64,000 nucleotides of DNA from NCBI RefSeq assembly GCF_009914755.1, contig NC_060943.1. One strand, given 5' to 3'. Origin of the DNA: the human T2T-CHM13v2.0 reference genome, Homo sapiens. Position 1 is the stretch's first letter, and each line of letters opens with the position of its first letter. Positions 37,475 to 54,017 of this stretch are shown here, in pieces. The notes under the pieces were generated by a model. That model was not told where the DNA came from. It saw only the letters and a list, made by a program, of their open reading frames with translations, and made no database searches. A program made the position numbers and the translations under genes.

Positions 37475-37564
37475 GTCTATGGCCATACCACCGTGAATGC
37501 ATCTGATCTTGTCTGATCTCAGAAACTAAGCAGTGTCAGAACTGGTTAGTACTTGGATGAGAGA
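37475..37564 (+). pseudogene. 5S rRNA retropseudogene, 3'-truncated (nt ~1-90), no A-tail
   Basis: GTCTATGGCCATACCACCGTGAATGC...GGTTAGTACTTGGATGAGAGA matches the 5S 5' part; 14-bp TSD AGAAAGGTAAATAT (37461-37474 / 37562-37575). Confidence 0.93.
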
Positions 37565-37609
37565 AAGGTAAATATATAAAATAATAAAGAATAAAAATTG
37601 GGGACAGGT

Positions 37610-38195
<586 letters not shown>

Positions 38196-38289
38196 TAAAA
38201 CTTGGGAAAGGAAATCAGAAATCTCAGTTATGATTTCATGCCTACAACTATGTAACAAACAACAGAGCAAGTCCCTATGTATTCATTGT

Positions 38290-38590
38290 CTTTTTTTGCT
38301 TTTGGCTGAGATGGAGTCTCACTCTGTCACCCAGGCTGGAGTACAGTGGCATGATCCCACCTCACTGCAACCTCCAACTCACAGGCTCAAGCGATCCTCC
38401 CACCTCAGCCTCCTGAGAGCTGGGACCACAGATGCATGCCATCATGCCCGGTTAATTTTTTTGTAGTTTTGGTAGAGATGAGGTTTTGCCATGTTGCCCA
38501 GGCTGGTCTGGAACTCCTAAGCTCAAACAATCTGCCCACCTCTGCCTCCCAAAGTGCTGGGATTATAGGCATGAGCCACCGTGCCCAGTC
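38290..38590 (-). mobile_element. AluJ
   Basis: Antisense Alu. Confidence 0.87.
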
Positions 38591-38734
38591 CTATTCACTG
38601 TCTTTATTATCCAGTTCCTTGGCCACAAAATATATATGATACAGAGATTGTACTTGGAAAATGCATGAACTGAGATAAAAGACAACACCGTTTGGACCAA
38701 ACTGCAAAATGAAAACTTACAGATACAATGTAGA

Positions 38735-39092
38735 CTGCTCTGATATAAAGACTTATGTCTGCCAAAATTCCTATGTTAAGGCCCCATCCTCAATGTGATA
38801 GTATTTGGAAGTGTGGTCTTTGGAAGGCAATTAGGTCAGGATGGTGCATAGAACTTCAGGAATGCAATTAGCAGAAACGTGAAAAAGCCTCTGCTTTTTG
38901 CATGACAATCTCTCTGCCACATGAGAACACAGAGTCAGCCATGGCACACCAGAAAAAAGTCCACACCAAGAACCAAAGTGGCTGGCTCTGACATGTTGAA
39001 CTTTGCACCACCCAGATCTGTGAAAAGTCCATTTCTGCTGTTTAAACCACCCTATCTATGGTATCTGATATAGCTAGTCATGCTGACTAAGG
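38735..39092 (+). mobile_element. MLT1A/MSTD-type MaLR LTR
   Basis: aaaattcctatgttaag...aatgtgatagtatttggaagtgtggtctttggaaggcaattagg...gctgactaag. Confidence 0.65.
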
Positions 39093-39436
39093 TAAAGCCA
39101 ATATGCTATCTCATTATAAACATGAAACAATGTTGATACACGTTATTAAACAAATTTGTGAGTCTGTACTATAAAACATGCAATATTCTAAGCTAGCTAA
39201 CAGCATTAACTTGTTTAAAAAGTCTTTAGGTAAATTATCACTATTTAACAAACAAGCACACTAAATATGCCCACAGGATTTATGTATCTATACCCAATTT
39301 ACAAAGAAAGTAAGACACAAGAACCTGGGTTTGCAAGATCAAACATGTTTTTTAAAAACAACTTCCCAAACAAGCAGTGCAGATAACAGGTCAACCCAAA
39401 TATCAAGAGTGTAGAAATACTTCAAGAGCCATTTTG

Positions 39437-39907
39437 TGTAGAGCACCTGATTCTGTCGCTGTTCAGGGTGCCACTATGTAACCCACATGGACCTAGGAGG
39501 ACTGAACAAAGGGGGCGAATGCGGGAATAAAAGACAAGAGACAAAAGAGTATATTTGGAAGAAGGGGTCAGGGGCACCTTGCCTGTAGTGGACAAGGGCC
39601 CTGAGCTTTACACAGCCGTCCGTATTTATTAGGCAAGAGAGATAGTGAGAAGGATGGTGGAAGAAGGGGTCAGCTGCGCAGTCCAGAGTAGGCTTGCAAG
39701 ACTGCATTCCTCAAACAACAGGCTCTAGATATGGCAGTAGATAACCCTGGCACCAGGAAGTGATTGCCTCCAGCAAACCTTCTGTCAGCAGGAGCAGTCA
39801 TGAGTTTGCCCACATCCTGCATTCATGATAAACAGTTTGCTGTTTGATCATATAGCCTCCAGTGGAATGCTGAGTTGGTCACGTCCCACAGGCTTTGGCT
39901 CCCTGCA
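39437..39907 (-). mobile_element. LTR3-type (HERV-K3/HML-6) LTR with PBS-like extension
   Basis: Reverse complement shares GACCAACTCAGCATTCCACTGGAGGCTATATGATCAAACAGCAAACTG core with 59948-60381. Confidence 0.82.
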
Positions 39908-40819
39908 ATGCTGTGTTGCCAAAAGCATTATTCAGCCATCCGTCATGAATAACGAACGGTATCTGAGTCATCATCCCCTGCACATATTGATTTACGCAGT
40001 GTTATCAGACAGTGGTCAAGTGAATGAGTAGGGGTCACCCCTTACAGAGTGAGAGTAGCATGGGAGGTGAGGGAGTTCTGCAATAATGGGAGTATAAAAT
40101 TAATATGCTAGTCAGTAACTGGGTAGTCCATCTGGACAAAGTAATATGTTAGGAAAGGCCCAGGAGGACAAAGGGCAAGAGGGGAGATCAAGGAGTAATG
40201 AGCATGGAGCAGCAGGGTTTGTGCTTGAAGAGCTGTGGGAATAGAATTGCACAAGAAACAGCTAAAATCCTGGCTTTGGAAGAAAAGAGAAACTAATGTA
40301 GAGGTAGTATTGTACTGACTAATACTTAAACATGAGAATTATACTATGGGTGCAGGACAACAAGGGAAGACAATTAAAAAGGAGGCGGTGTGATGATATG
40401 GGAAGAAAACAGATTTATGTCTCTATAATATTTGCTATGAAATTTATCAAACTGAATGTCCCATAAGTTCTATTTCCAGGTATATGCTCAACAACCCTAC
40501 ATATCAAGAGATATGTGAAAGACTGTTCTTACAATTCAATCCTTAAGAAAAAACCTGAAAATGGCCACGAAGAGGAGATGGATGAATTCATTTTGTACAC
40601 ACACAAAGACACCACAAAACTTTACTGATAGTACAAGAACGTTAAGGAGACGGGGTGCAGAATGAGGACCCGTAGCACAACAGGCAAAGATTTGAGAAAA
40701 CAAAGAAAGCAGGAGACTCTTGTCAAGGTTTAAATATATGTTAATGGAGACACAGTATATACGATGAAAGTATCCTGGGATATCAAAAACACAACATGGA
40801 AGCAGATCTGTAAAAAGTC

Positions 40820-42500
<1,681 letters not shown>

Positions 42501-42504
42501 AAGT

Positions 42505-42824
42505 TGTTGTTTTTTTTTCTTTTTTTTTTTTAGAGACAGGGTCTTGCTCTGTCGCCCAGGCTGAAGTACAGCAGTGTGATCTCAGCTCAATGCAACCTCT
42601 GCCTACTGGCTTCAAGCAATTCTCTTGTCTCAGCCTCCCAAGTAGCTGAGATTACATGCATGTGCCACCACACCCGGCTAATTTTTTTGTATTTTTAGTA
42701 GAAACAGGGATTCACCATGTTGGTCAGGCTGGTCTCGAACTCCTGACCTCAGACCTCAAAATGATCCGCCTGCCTCAGCCTCCCAAAGTGCTGGGATTAC
42801 AGGCATGAGCCATTGCTCCTGGCC
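42505..42824 (-). mobile_element. AluS
   Basis: Antisense Alu. Confidence 0.88.
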
Positions 42825-43738
42825 CAATACCAGTTTTTTAAGAGAATTTATTCTTCATTGCTTGAGCATCACGAAAAAAATATATAGGTTTTATAAATAG
42901 TAGAGAAGTCCCTGAAGTGTAAGAAATGGGCTAAGTTTAAAATAAAGTTAGATTTTTAAATAATGATTCAGTATAACATGATGGACATGAATGTAGATAG
43001 GAGAATAGTTATTATAATACAGCATTTGTTCCAAGAAAGAAAAAAACAGTGCAATTTGAACAAAACCCAGCAAGCTATATTTAGGAAACTGAAACTTACT
43101 ACAGAAAAGCAATGTATGTTATATAACAAAGAACGATCAATCTATTAAATGGTATTTCCACAATTAAGATAGTAACTTAAAAAATTATGCTCAAGATATT
43201 AAAAATTTCCAACTTAAAAACTGTAATCAATTTAACCGACAAATATATACTTTCATAGTAGGAATTAAGTCAGGTGAAACAGAAGTAAAAGGAATAACTG
43301 ATACTATCAATACAACATTATGGAGTTTCTGTAAGTTTTAGGGAAACTGCTGCTGAGCTATACCATCTGTACTAAAGAAGGAAATCTTGTAAAATACATA
43401 AAACAATATGCATTCCCCAACACAACACTACCACAATAGAAACATAAAACAAAGAAAACTGAGTATCCTCAAAAATATGGAACTGATTAAATAAATAAAA
43501 ACAAAGTTCATTTATAATACATGAAAATGCATCAGATGAAAGCAATGGTTGCTTAAAACGAATTTTGTGGACTTAAAAAAGATAAGCCTCATTCAACTTC
43601 ATTAGCTTCCTCAAGATCAAAGTCGTACTCACTATAAACAAAAATACTGGGGAAGAAAAGTGTGGCATGAGCAGTGGTTCAGGCAACAGCCCTGCAGAGA
43701 TGAAGCTGTGAACCTGGACAATGTTCTTCCCGGGAGAA

Positions 43739-44032
43739 ATTTTTTTTTTTGAGACAAAGTCTCGCTCTTGTTCCCCAGGCTAGAGTGCATGGCGCAATCT
43801 CAGCTCACTACAACCTCCGCCTCCCAGATTTGAGAGATTCTCCTGCCTCAGCCCCCCGAGTAGCTGGGATTACAGGTGCCTGCCACCACGCCCGGCTAAC
43901 TTTTGTATTTTTAGTAGAGACGGGGTTTCACCAAGTTGGCCAGGCTGGTCTAGAACTCCTAACCTCAGGTGATCCACCCGCCTCAGCCTCCCAAAGTGCT
44001 GGGATTACAGGCGTTGAGCCACCGTGCCCGGC
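43739..44032 (-). mobile_element. AluS
   Basis: TSD gggagaaatt. Confidence 0.9.
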
Positions 44033-45259
44033 ATGGGAGAAATTCCTACACCATTCACTGCTAGCTCAAAAAAGAGGACCATTAGTATATGAGATCAACA
44101 TTGCCACAGTACCCTTGAAAGATACTTTTGTGACATTTCTCAGAAACCAGGCTCTTGTGATGGTCTCTATCTGAATATCATGACAAATGCTGATCATTCT
44201 ACTCTGGCTTTAATAGTTACCTCTGTATGTAGCAAGATGATGTTAAAACTCATTACTCAAAGTGCTCTCCTTCAAAAATTTTCTCTTACCCAGTAAACTC
44301 ACTCCATACAATAGTCCACAAGATATTCATAACCCCAAGATGGGTTATCACAGCAGGAAAAAAGCATAAAATGTCCGACCCTAGAAATGCATTTATCCAA
44401 AGCAAGTCTCAGAGGCAAAAAATCACACAAACATAAAAGAGAATGCAAGATCAGAAAGAGCCAAGGCATAAACAAGACAGAGAAAAACACAGGAATTGGA
44501 TTGTGAGGGATCTTGAAATGAGACAGTGCTCTGTCCACAGATCCCAAACTAAGAGTGTGAAGACAGAGATACGCTCCCTGTGTAGGACTAAGAATAAAGA
44601 GAGGACCTTTGTGTCAACTGTCTTTACAATTCTTATATGTAACAATCTCAGGAGACCCAACTCATTCCCGTGTCACAAACCCAAGAAGAGTGTCCAAAGA
44701 AGAACTAAGAAAATGGCTGAGGGACCTGAACAGGCAGAGAGGGCTGAAGATAGTCCAGTTCTAGGACCCCAGCTTCAAAGGAAGGGCAACCAATGTTTCC
44801 TCATCTCCTGACCAGCACTTTCAAGTATAGGAAATGGGGTGGAACCAGAAAAGTTCCAGGCACCAGGACTATGGAGCCCTCAGCTCCAATCTATATGGAT
44901 CAGAGAACTGAGGATCAGATGGAATCAAGAACAGGAGGAGAGACCACACGGGAAAGAGACTTCTTTGAAAAGGCCCTTCCCATGCCACAGAGTCAAAGCA
45001 TCAGAGTTCACACAATACAGATGACACTGTGGTCCATCATAACAGTCTTGTACTTTGCTCTGTTTGAGCTGCAGCAACCCCTGGAGAGTGAAAGGTAAAG
45101 TTATACGTGTCTGGAAAGCAAAGTGATAAGCAGGAAAGAAGAAAACTTCTGGAGCTCACAGAAAATCAAATTTGTTTCCCCACAGAACTCTCCCACTTGC
45201 AGAGTCTTACGCACACAATTTCATGGTACCGCTTCCATTGTGCCCATCTGAGCTCTTAC

Positions 45260-45388
45260 CGGTGATCACGCCTTTCATGCATTCCCCACAGTTTGGGTTC
45301 CTCGCTATTTTCACTTGGCTCACCACAGTCCAGGGCTCTTTCCCTTGCTCCAACATGGAGATAATATTCAGGTCAGGAAGACAGAGTC
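45260..45388 (-). CDS. ZNF841: ZNF841 KRAB-B exon ([43 protein letters not shown])
   Basis: 129 bp; ttataagcag|GA acceptor, ACCG|gtaaga donor; LEQGKEPW motif. Confidence 0.92.
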
Positions 45389-45596
45389 CTGCTTATAAAA
45401 AAAGAAAGAAGATGTCCCACGGTTTTTCCAGAACCCAGCCTAATGTCTAGGTAGAAGAGAAAACACTGCAGTTGAATCTACAAAATATTTCACAAACTCA
45501 TCCATTGATTGCCTCCTTCTGAATGCTTAGTGAACACTGTAAGATGAAGATATCTAGCTCTCTCCCAAGAAATACTGAATCAAAAACACAGGGATA

Positions 45597-45883
45597 GGCC
45601 AAGCATACTGGCTCAAGCCTGTAATCTCAGCACTTTGGGAGGCCAAGACGGGAAGATGACTTGAGCACAGGAGTTCAAGATCAGCCTAGGCAACAGAGTG
45701 AAACCCTGTCTCTACCTGGGCATGGTGTTGCACACCCACAGTCCCAGCTACTTGGAAGGCTAAGGTGGGAGGATGGCTTTATCCCAAGAAGCTAAGGTTG
45801 CAGTGTGCCAAGATCACAAGATCACACCACTGCACTCCAGCCTGGGTGACAGACTGAGACTGTGTCAAAAAAAAAAAAAAAAA
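45597..45883 (+). mobile_element. AluJ
   Basis: Alu with A-tail. Confidence 0.85.
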
Positions 45884-46051
45884 GCACAAGGATAGAAAAC
45901 AGGAAGAACAGGGAATTGGATATATTAACTCCGCCATAAGGTTTTACACGTACCTCAGCTCTGGAGTCACCACTAATGTACAAAGAAGGAAGCAGAATAT
46001 CCATAGAAATGGGACAGTTAAAGGCCAGATGCAGCATTATGAAGCTTTTTA

Positions 46052-46378
<327 letters not shown>

Positions 46379-46699
46379 TCACATCAATTTGATTGAAGTG
46401 TGTTTTGACATATCCATTAAAAGTATCTGTGAGATAATTACGTCTCCCTGATTTTGGGTTTTATAAAATTCAATAGGAGATTAGGATATTATCTAAATCG
46501 GTGCACATTTCTCACTTTTGTGGACAAAATAAGAAATAAACACATGGTTATCCCTATGAAAGTTTTAGATATTACATTTGTTACACCAAGTGAGGTGTCC
46601 AGATGAGCTAGAATACAAGTGGTGTCTTCAGAGATGACAATGTTCTTAGTGGCTTTAAAGAAAGGTCAGAAACTAAAAACAGCGATGACAAGAGCAACA

Positions 46700-46915
46700 G
46701 CAAGAACTAAAGTTTTGGAACACTCCCCATGTACCGGGCATTACTTCAAAGGATTTACGTGTTCTAACTCAAATGATGACATAATCACCTATGACAGAAA
46801 TATTTCTTCCCATCTTACTAGAAGACAACTGTGTCACAGACAGGCTAAGAAAGTCACCTAGGTCAACAACCTGCAAACAGCAGAGCAAGCACCTGAACCC
46901 AGATGTCTAAAAATT
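46700..46915 (-). mobile_element. MIR
   Basis: cccatcttacta...acaggctaagaaagtcacctaggtcaac...ctgaacccagatgtct. Confidence 0.6.
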
Positions 46916-46954
46916 AGAGTTGAATCAACAGAATCCGACAGTTATATTACAGAG

Positions 46955-47135
46955 TATGTCCTAGTCTTTCTGTGTGGCTATAACGAAATAAGAGAGACTA
47001 ACTAACTTATGAACAACAGAAATGTATTTCTCATGATTCTGCTGGCTGGGGAATCCAAGATCAAGGTGTCAGCAGGACTGATGTCGCTGAGGGCTAATCC
47101 CTGCTTCGAAGATGGTCTTGTTGCTGCATAGGGGA
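46955..47135 (-). mobile_element. MaLR (MLT1A/MSTD) LTR fragment
   Basis: aacaacagaaatgtatttctcatgattctg...tccaagatcaaggtgtcagcag. Confidence 0.6.
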
Positions 47136-47226
47136 CGAATGCTACAGTATACTGACAGAGGGTTGCCTGAGAAAACTTGAAGCAAGTTCAAGATTAACTT
47201 GGAACCGCATAAAGGATCATTATATA

Positions 47227-47558
<332 letters not shown>

Positions 47559-47656
47559 TTACTATTCATAAAACTAATCCATTCACATGATAATATAGAA
47601 GGCAATTTTAAAAATTAAGCAAATCACTGGGACAAAGAAATATGTAAAAAAGTTTT

Positions 47657-47953
<297 letters not shown>

Positions 47954-48807
47954 TTAAGGCCATAGAAACATTTAAGATATAATTTTCAATAGTGTTCCCA
48001 AGCCTGTATCTTATGTAGAGAAAAGAAAAAAATTAAAATAAAACCAAGTAAATAATTTCAACTGTGAAAAGATAATAGGCTGATTTATGAAATGATGATG
48101 TTGTAAATAAAAACCAAAGCATACAAACATTTAAATTAACTGAAATAAGACGCTATCTCTCAATGACATATTTTTTGGATGACTTTTTAAATCATTATTC
48201 TTAGACATGTATGTTTTAGCATGCTTGGGACAATGAAAATGTATAAATTGTATTTCATTTACTTTGTACTTAGTACTTCATTTACTTATTTACTTAGTAC
48301 TTCATTTACTTATTTATTTTGTACTTATTCAATACTAGGCTGGAGAAAATGGTACAAAATTTTAAAAGTATATAAACTTTTATTACAATTACTATTAAAT
48401 GCCTATATTTAAATATCTAAGTGCAATTTTATCCAGTTAAATTTAGCTACTTATGCATTAACAAAAGCCAAATGGAGTTTATTCGTTTATTCCACCAATA
48501 AATAAAACAGTGATTCAAGATTAGGTGGTTTATAAGTGTAATACATTAAAATTTAACAGATTAAGATAGAAACAATATGTATTGCAGCAGTATATGCTTG
48601 CATAAATTATTAGAAAATTTAAAAATCATGTTGCAAAGGAAATCTGTAAAAAAAAAAAAAAAAAAAAAACCCAAAAACTGTTAAGGAAAAATATTTCACC
48701 CAACAAGTGAAACACTGGATTCATTTCCTCTAAATTAAGTAAGAGAAAAGGGGGTTTTTCATTTCCTCTAAATTAAGAGAAAAGGGGGTTGGCCAGACCT
48801 CCTGTCA

Positions 48808-49264
<457 letters not shown>

Positions 49265-50274
49265 TTAAGTATACAAGCTAACAATGCTAACAATGTACTG
49301 AAATAATCTTCCTACTTTAGTAACACTAATTTAAAAACAACACACACACTTCTAAATTTTCATTAGCATATATACCATGGCACTTAAGTACAATACATTT
49401 TCAGAATTATGTGAACAAATTATAAAACTACACTGAGTGATGTCGGCAAGATAAAGGAACAGGAATCCCCAAACTCTCCAGTCACCACAGTGAAATGATT
49501 TTAACAACAATTCATGGACTAATTGCCTCGGGGATAAATCCAGAAAACAGTTAGGAGGTTTCTACACCTCAGGCTGACATAAAGCAAACAGTATAGAAGC
49601 TCTGAAGGAAAATTTGAAGCATCCACTTGACAGAGATCCAGCCCCTGCCATGCACTGGGGTAACAGAAAAGAAACCCACAACTCCCAAGATCATCTAGGG
49701 GATGGAAAGGAGCAGAATATCTGTCCAACTTCCTGACTTTTCAGATGACCAACTGATGGGCTGGTTTCTCTCTTCCTGAATATAAGCACTGACAAGAACA
49801 AGGTGAAAGGTTAGGGGCCACTGAGAAAAAGGATGATTTACATAAACCAGTGTGTGCAGTAACACAGACAAACGCTAAGTGCATATCTAGTACTACAGCT
49901 TACTGTAGCACCAAAGTCTGCAATATCAAAGACAGACAACAGGGGAGCTTCTGGGTAGAAACTAGCAAACATTTTCAATGAAGAGATGACAAGCAAAGGC
50001 CCAGAGAGGACAAAATCCCCAGCCAGAAAAGGTGTGGAAGGTCTCCACAATCTAGCTGAGTTGACTCCAGAGTGTCCTCCCTGAACAAAGCAACCACCCA
50101 AAACTGGGGAGGTAGATGATTTTTAAAATAGGGAAGTGCCAAAAGAAGATAATAAAACTTACAAAGAAATAGGAAAATACAGTCCATAAAAAGAAACCAA
50201 TTAAGTCTCTACAAACCTACACTAAAGAAATGGTGATTTAAATCTTGGCTTTGAAGAACTAAAAGGAAATGGGG

Positions 50275-50615
50275 ATCACCCTCAGTATATGCAGAGGATT
50301 GGTTCCAAGATTCCCTAAGGGGACCAAAATCTATGGATACTGAAGTCCCTTATATAAAAAGGCATAGTATTTGCATATAACCTACCTATATCTTCCCATA
50401 TGATTTAAATCATCTCTACATTACTTATAATAGCTAATACAATGTAAATGCTACATAAGTAGTTGTTATACTGCATTGTTTAGGAAATAATGACAAGAAA
50501 AAAAGGACCATACGTGTTCAACACAGATGAAACCATCCATTTTTTTCTGGCTATTTGTAGTTCATAGTTGGCTCCATCTATGGCTGCACGAGCCATGAAT
50601 ACAGAGGGCTGACTA
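50275..50615 (+). mobile_element. MER2 (TcMar-Tigger)
   Basis: cctcagtatatgcagaggattggttcc...gtatttgcatataacctac...cagagggctgacta. Confidence 0.82.
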
Positions 50616-50786
50616 TATGTGAATTACCAAAGAATTTGAAATAGCAGCCACAAGAATGCTCAATGAGTTAAAAGATAGCACACACAGACAAGCTCACGAA
50701 ATCAGGAAAACTATATGAACTATGCATGCAAAGAAGAATATCAACAGAAATAGAAGCTATAAAGAAAAATCAAAAAGAAATTCTAA

Positions 50787-51092
50787 GGCTGGGCACCGTG
50801 GCTCACGCCTGTAATTCCAACACTCTGGGAGCCCAAGATGGGGTAATTGCTTAAGCCCAGGAGTTCTGAGACCAGCCAGGGCAACATGGCAAAATCCCAT
50901 CTCTACAAAGAGTACAAAAATTAGGCAGGTGTGATGGTGCATGCCTGTAGTCCCAGCTACTCAGGAGGCTGAAGTGGGAGGTTCATTTGAACCCGGGAGG
51001 CAGAGGATACAGTGATCCAAGATCGTGCCACTGCACTCCAGCCTGGGAAAGAGTGAAACCCTGCCTGAAAACAAAACAAAAGAAAGAAAAAA
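50787..51092 (+). mobile_element. AluJ
   Basis: Alu consensus. Confidence 0.85.
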
Positions 51093-52014
51093 AGTCGAGT
51101 TAAAAATACAATAACTGAGTTGAAAAATTCGCTAGATGAATTCAACAGCTGACTTAATGAGGCAGAAGAAGGAATCAGTGAACTCAAAGGGGATTTTGAC
51201 ACGGAGGAAAACAAAAACTATAAAAAATAAAGAAAAATAAAGAGAGTCTAAAGGGCTCATGGGGAAACCATCAAGCATCAAGAACGTATGTATCCTGAAA
51301 GCCCAATAAATAATGTGAATATACCTAACATTACTAAACTGTAAGCAAACAAACAAGCTTTACTGAAAGACATAATAAAGATATGATCACTGACTGACAA
51401 ACTCAATTCTTATAGGAAGATGTGATGGTGACAAGACCTGCGACTGTAAAAATTCATGGCCATTCAAACACAAACAAAATATGTGGGAATTTAATAAAAT
51501 GTGACTGTTGTATAAAAAAAGAACCAACAAAATTTTGGAAAGAAAATGGAGAGGTTTGCCAATCTTCATATGAACCTATTATGACATTTATAATCTGAAA
51601 CTTTAAAAGCAATCAAATATAATCTACAAAAAGATATACACAAAAATTCAAATTAAAGATTCAATCAAAAAAATTCATGCAAAGAAAATGTAAGCAAGAA
51701 ACATGAGATTTTAAAGAAACTTCATATTTTATAATCACACCGTGAGCCAGGCCTTCCAGAAGATAAAACAAACATTTACTTATTTTTGCTTTTGTGGTAT
51801 ACCATCCTAAAAGAAGCAATCATTCTTTGAACTGCCATTGAAGTAACCCTCAGACACTTGTGGTGAAGACAGCATGCACAGAGGAAGCCACAGTGACATT
51901 CTTTGCAAAAATGAAAAATTGTAAAAGATCCATATGTCTTCATTTAGAAATTGCTCCAAAGAGGATGCAAAATACGCTATTAGTGTTTATTAACATAAAA
52001 ACATGTACATTTCA

Positions 52015-52311
52015 GGCTGGGCACGGTGGCTGACACCTGTAATCCCAGCACTTTGGGAGGCTGAGGCAGGCGGATCACTAGGTCAGGAGATCGAGACCAT
52101 CCTGGTTAACACGGTGAAACCCCATCTCAACTAAAAATACAAAAAATTAACTGGGCACAGTGGTAGGTGCCTGTAGTCCCAGCTACTCAGGAGGCTGAGG
52201 CAGGAGAATGGTGTGAACCCGGGAGGCGGAGTTTGCAGTGAGCTGAGATTGCGTCACTGCACTCCAGCCTGGGCGACAGAGCAAGACTCCGTCTCAAAAA
52301 AAAAAAAAAAA
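52015..52311 (+). mobile_element. AluY
   Basis: TSD atgtacatttca. Confidence 0.9.
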
Positions 52312-54002
52312 TGTACATTTCAAAAACTTGCAAAATACAGCAGAACATTCACTTAAGAATTGTTTTCTAAAATCTCATAATGACGTGTAAATGCATCTTG
52401 ACACCTCTCACTGACTCTTGCCACAGAACTTACAATAGTAGCTCCTCAATGAAACATGAGGCATGGTGGAGAATGTGACAGGGAAAAGGAACCTGGGTTC
52501 CTCTGGGTGGGTAATTGAAAGAGTGATTGCCTCTTCTAGGATGGTGCATTTCCTATTTTGGTGAATCTGGCAAGATTCCCCACTACCCCAAGTTCAAGGG
52601 TGCCCCCTCCCACCAATGACACATGACATGTCCCACTCTTTAAAAAAAAAAAAAAAAATACTACTATGTTCTTTTTTCTCTTTGAGGATCTAAAAAAAAT
52701 AAAAATTCTTTGTATTTCCATTTTCCAATTCCTTGGACTGTGAGGACATTTCATTATTTTGTGGAAATCAAAATAAAATAATTTTCATTTTATGCTCAAT
52801 TTTCTTTTACTGCATTCTAGGAGCTATTTCATGTTCTGTAGTTAAAAGTTTTTAAATATATATGCCTTGATGTTCTTTTTTTAGGTTATGAAGGGTGTTC
52901 TTGATGCCCTGTTTTTTACTTGTTTGCTTACAAATTTTATTGTGTATATTTAAGGTACACAATATAGCAAGGTATAGATAGTAAAAAACTCACGACAGTT
53001 TAACAAATTAGTATATCCGTATCTCATAGTTACCTTTTTTTTTTTTTTGCTTTTGTGGCAAAAACAGCTAAAATCTCATTTAGCATAAATTTCACATATA
53101 ATAACACGTTATTCCCTACCATCCTTATGTTGCATCACCTTCTTAATGTCTAAATTCCATCTCTGCTTGGACTTTTACCACAAAACAAATATATATATCA
53201 TGTGATGTTTAAAATAAATGTAATATTTAATAATAATTGGTGGAATGACAGAATTTGGCTCCATCTTCTCTGACATCAAAAAAGTTTGGCTCTTACATCT
53301 GAGCAAAATTATAACCGTTTTACAAAAAACAACTGCCGGTAAGAGTCCCAGCAGGAACACCACATTCTCTGTGGGATGGATATGCTGAGAATGGCTAAAT
53401 TAATCTGACATTCAGGTTGATTTCATATTTTAAAATCAATGATGGAATAAAACAACCTCTATCACTGATGTCTGTACCTAGTTTTCCATTCCATTCCCGG
53501 TCATTAAGATTGTGGAGTTAGAAAGAGTGACTGATTCATTATAGCTTCAAATGTGGTATAAAATCAGGCAGAAAAGATCTCCCCTTAGAGGCATCTTTTC
53601 AAGAATTTATGAGGTATTTTTGCATATTAACATGTGACTTCCACATACAGCTTCTCTACTCCTGGTCTACTGAGAGCTGACAGTGCATTCAGATGTTGCC
53701 CCTAAACAATCTCTGCTGCCCAAAAGCTGACACCACAGAACTCACACCCTGTCTCCATCCATGTCTGGGTGTGAGCCCTTCCCAGGACCATGCCCAGTGG
53801 AGCCTCTTCCCAAGCTCATGTCACTGAGTCACTGTGAGATCTGGAATCTAAGTGCAGAAGAGAGGGACTGAAGGAAGGCATGGGTGAGTGCGAGCAAATG
53901 TGTCAGGCAGGATACTTCAGACTCAGAGAAGATTTGCAGCTCCAATGCCCTGCATTTCAAAAAGGGAGGAGACAGAACAATCCACCAAGATTATCACTTT
54001 AC

Positions 54003-54017
54003 CTGAGGAAGAGCCAT
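54003..54017 (-). CDS. ZNF841: ZNF841 start-codon segment (MALPQ); exon ~54094-54003
   Basis: gggATGGCTCTTCCTCAG|gtaaag; acceptor gactttcag at 54095; phase 0 joins KRAB-A. Confidence 0.85.

Larger units (their letters stand above)
49440..51300 (+). mobile_element. Old L1M 5' region/ORF1 fragments
   Basis: gaatgctcaatgagtta...ataactgagttgaaaaattc...gaggcagaagaaggaatcagtgaactcaaag. Confidence 0.6.
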
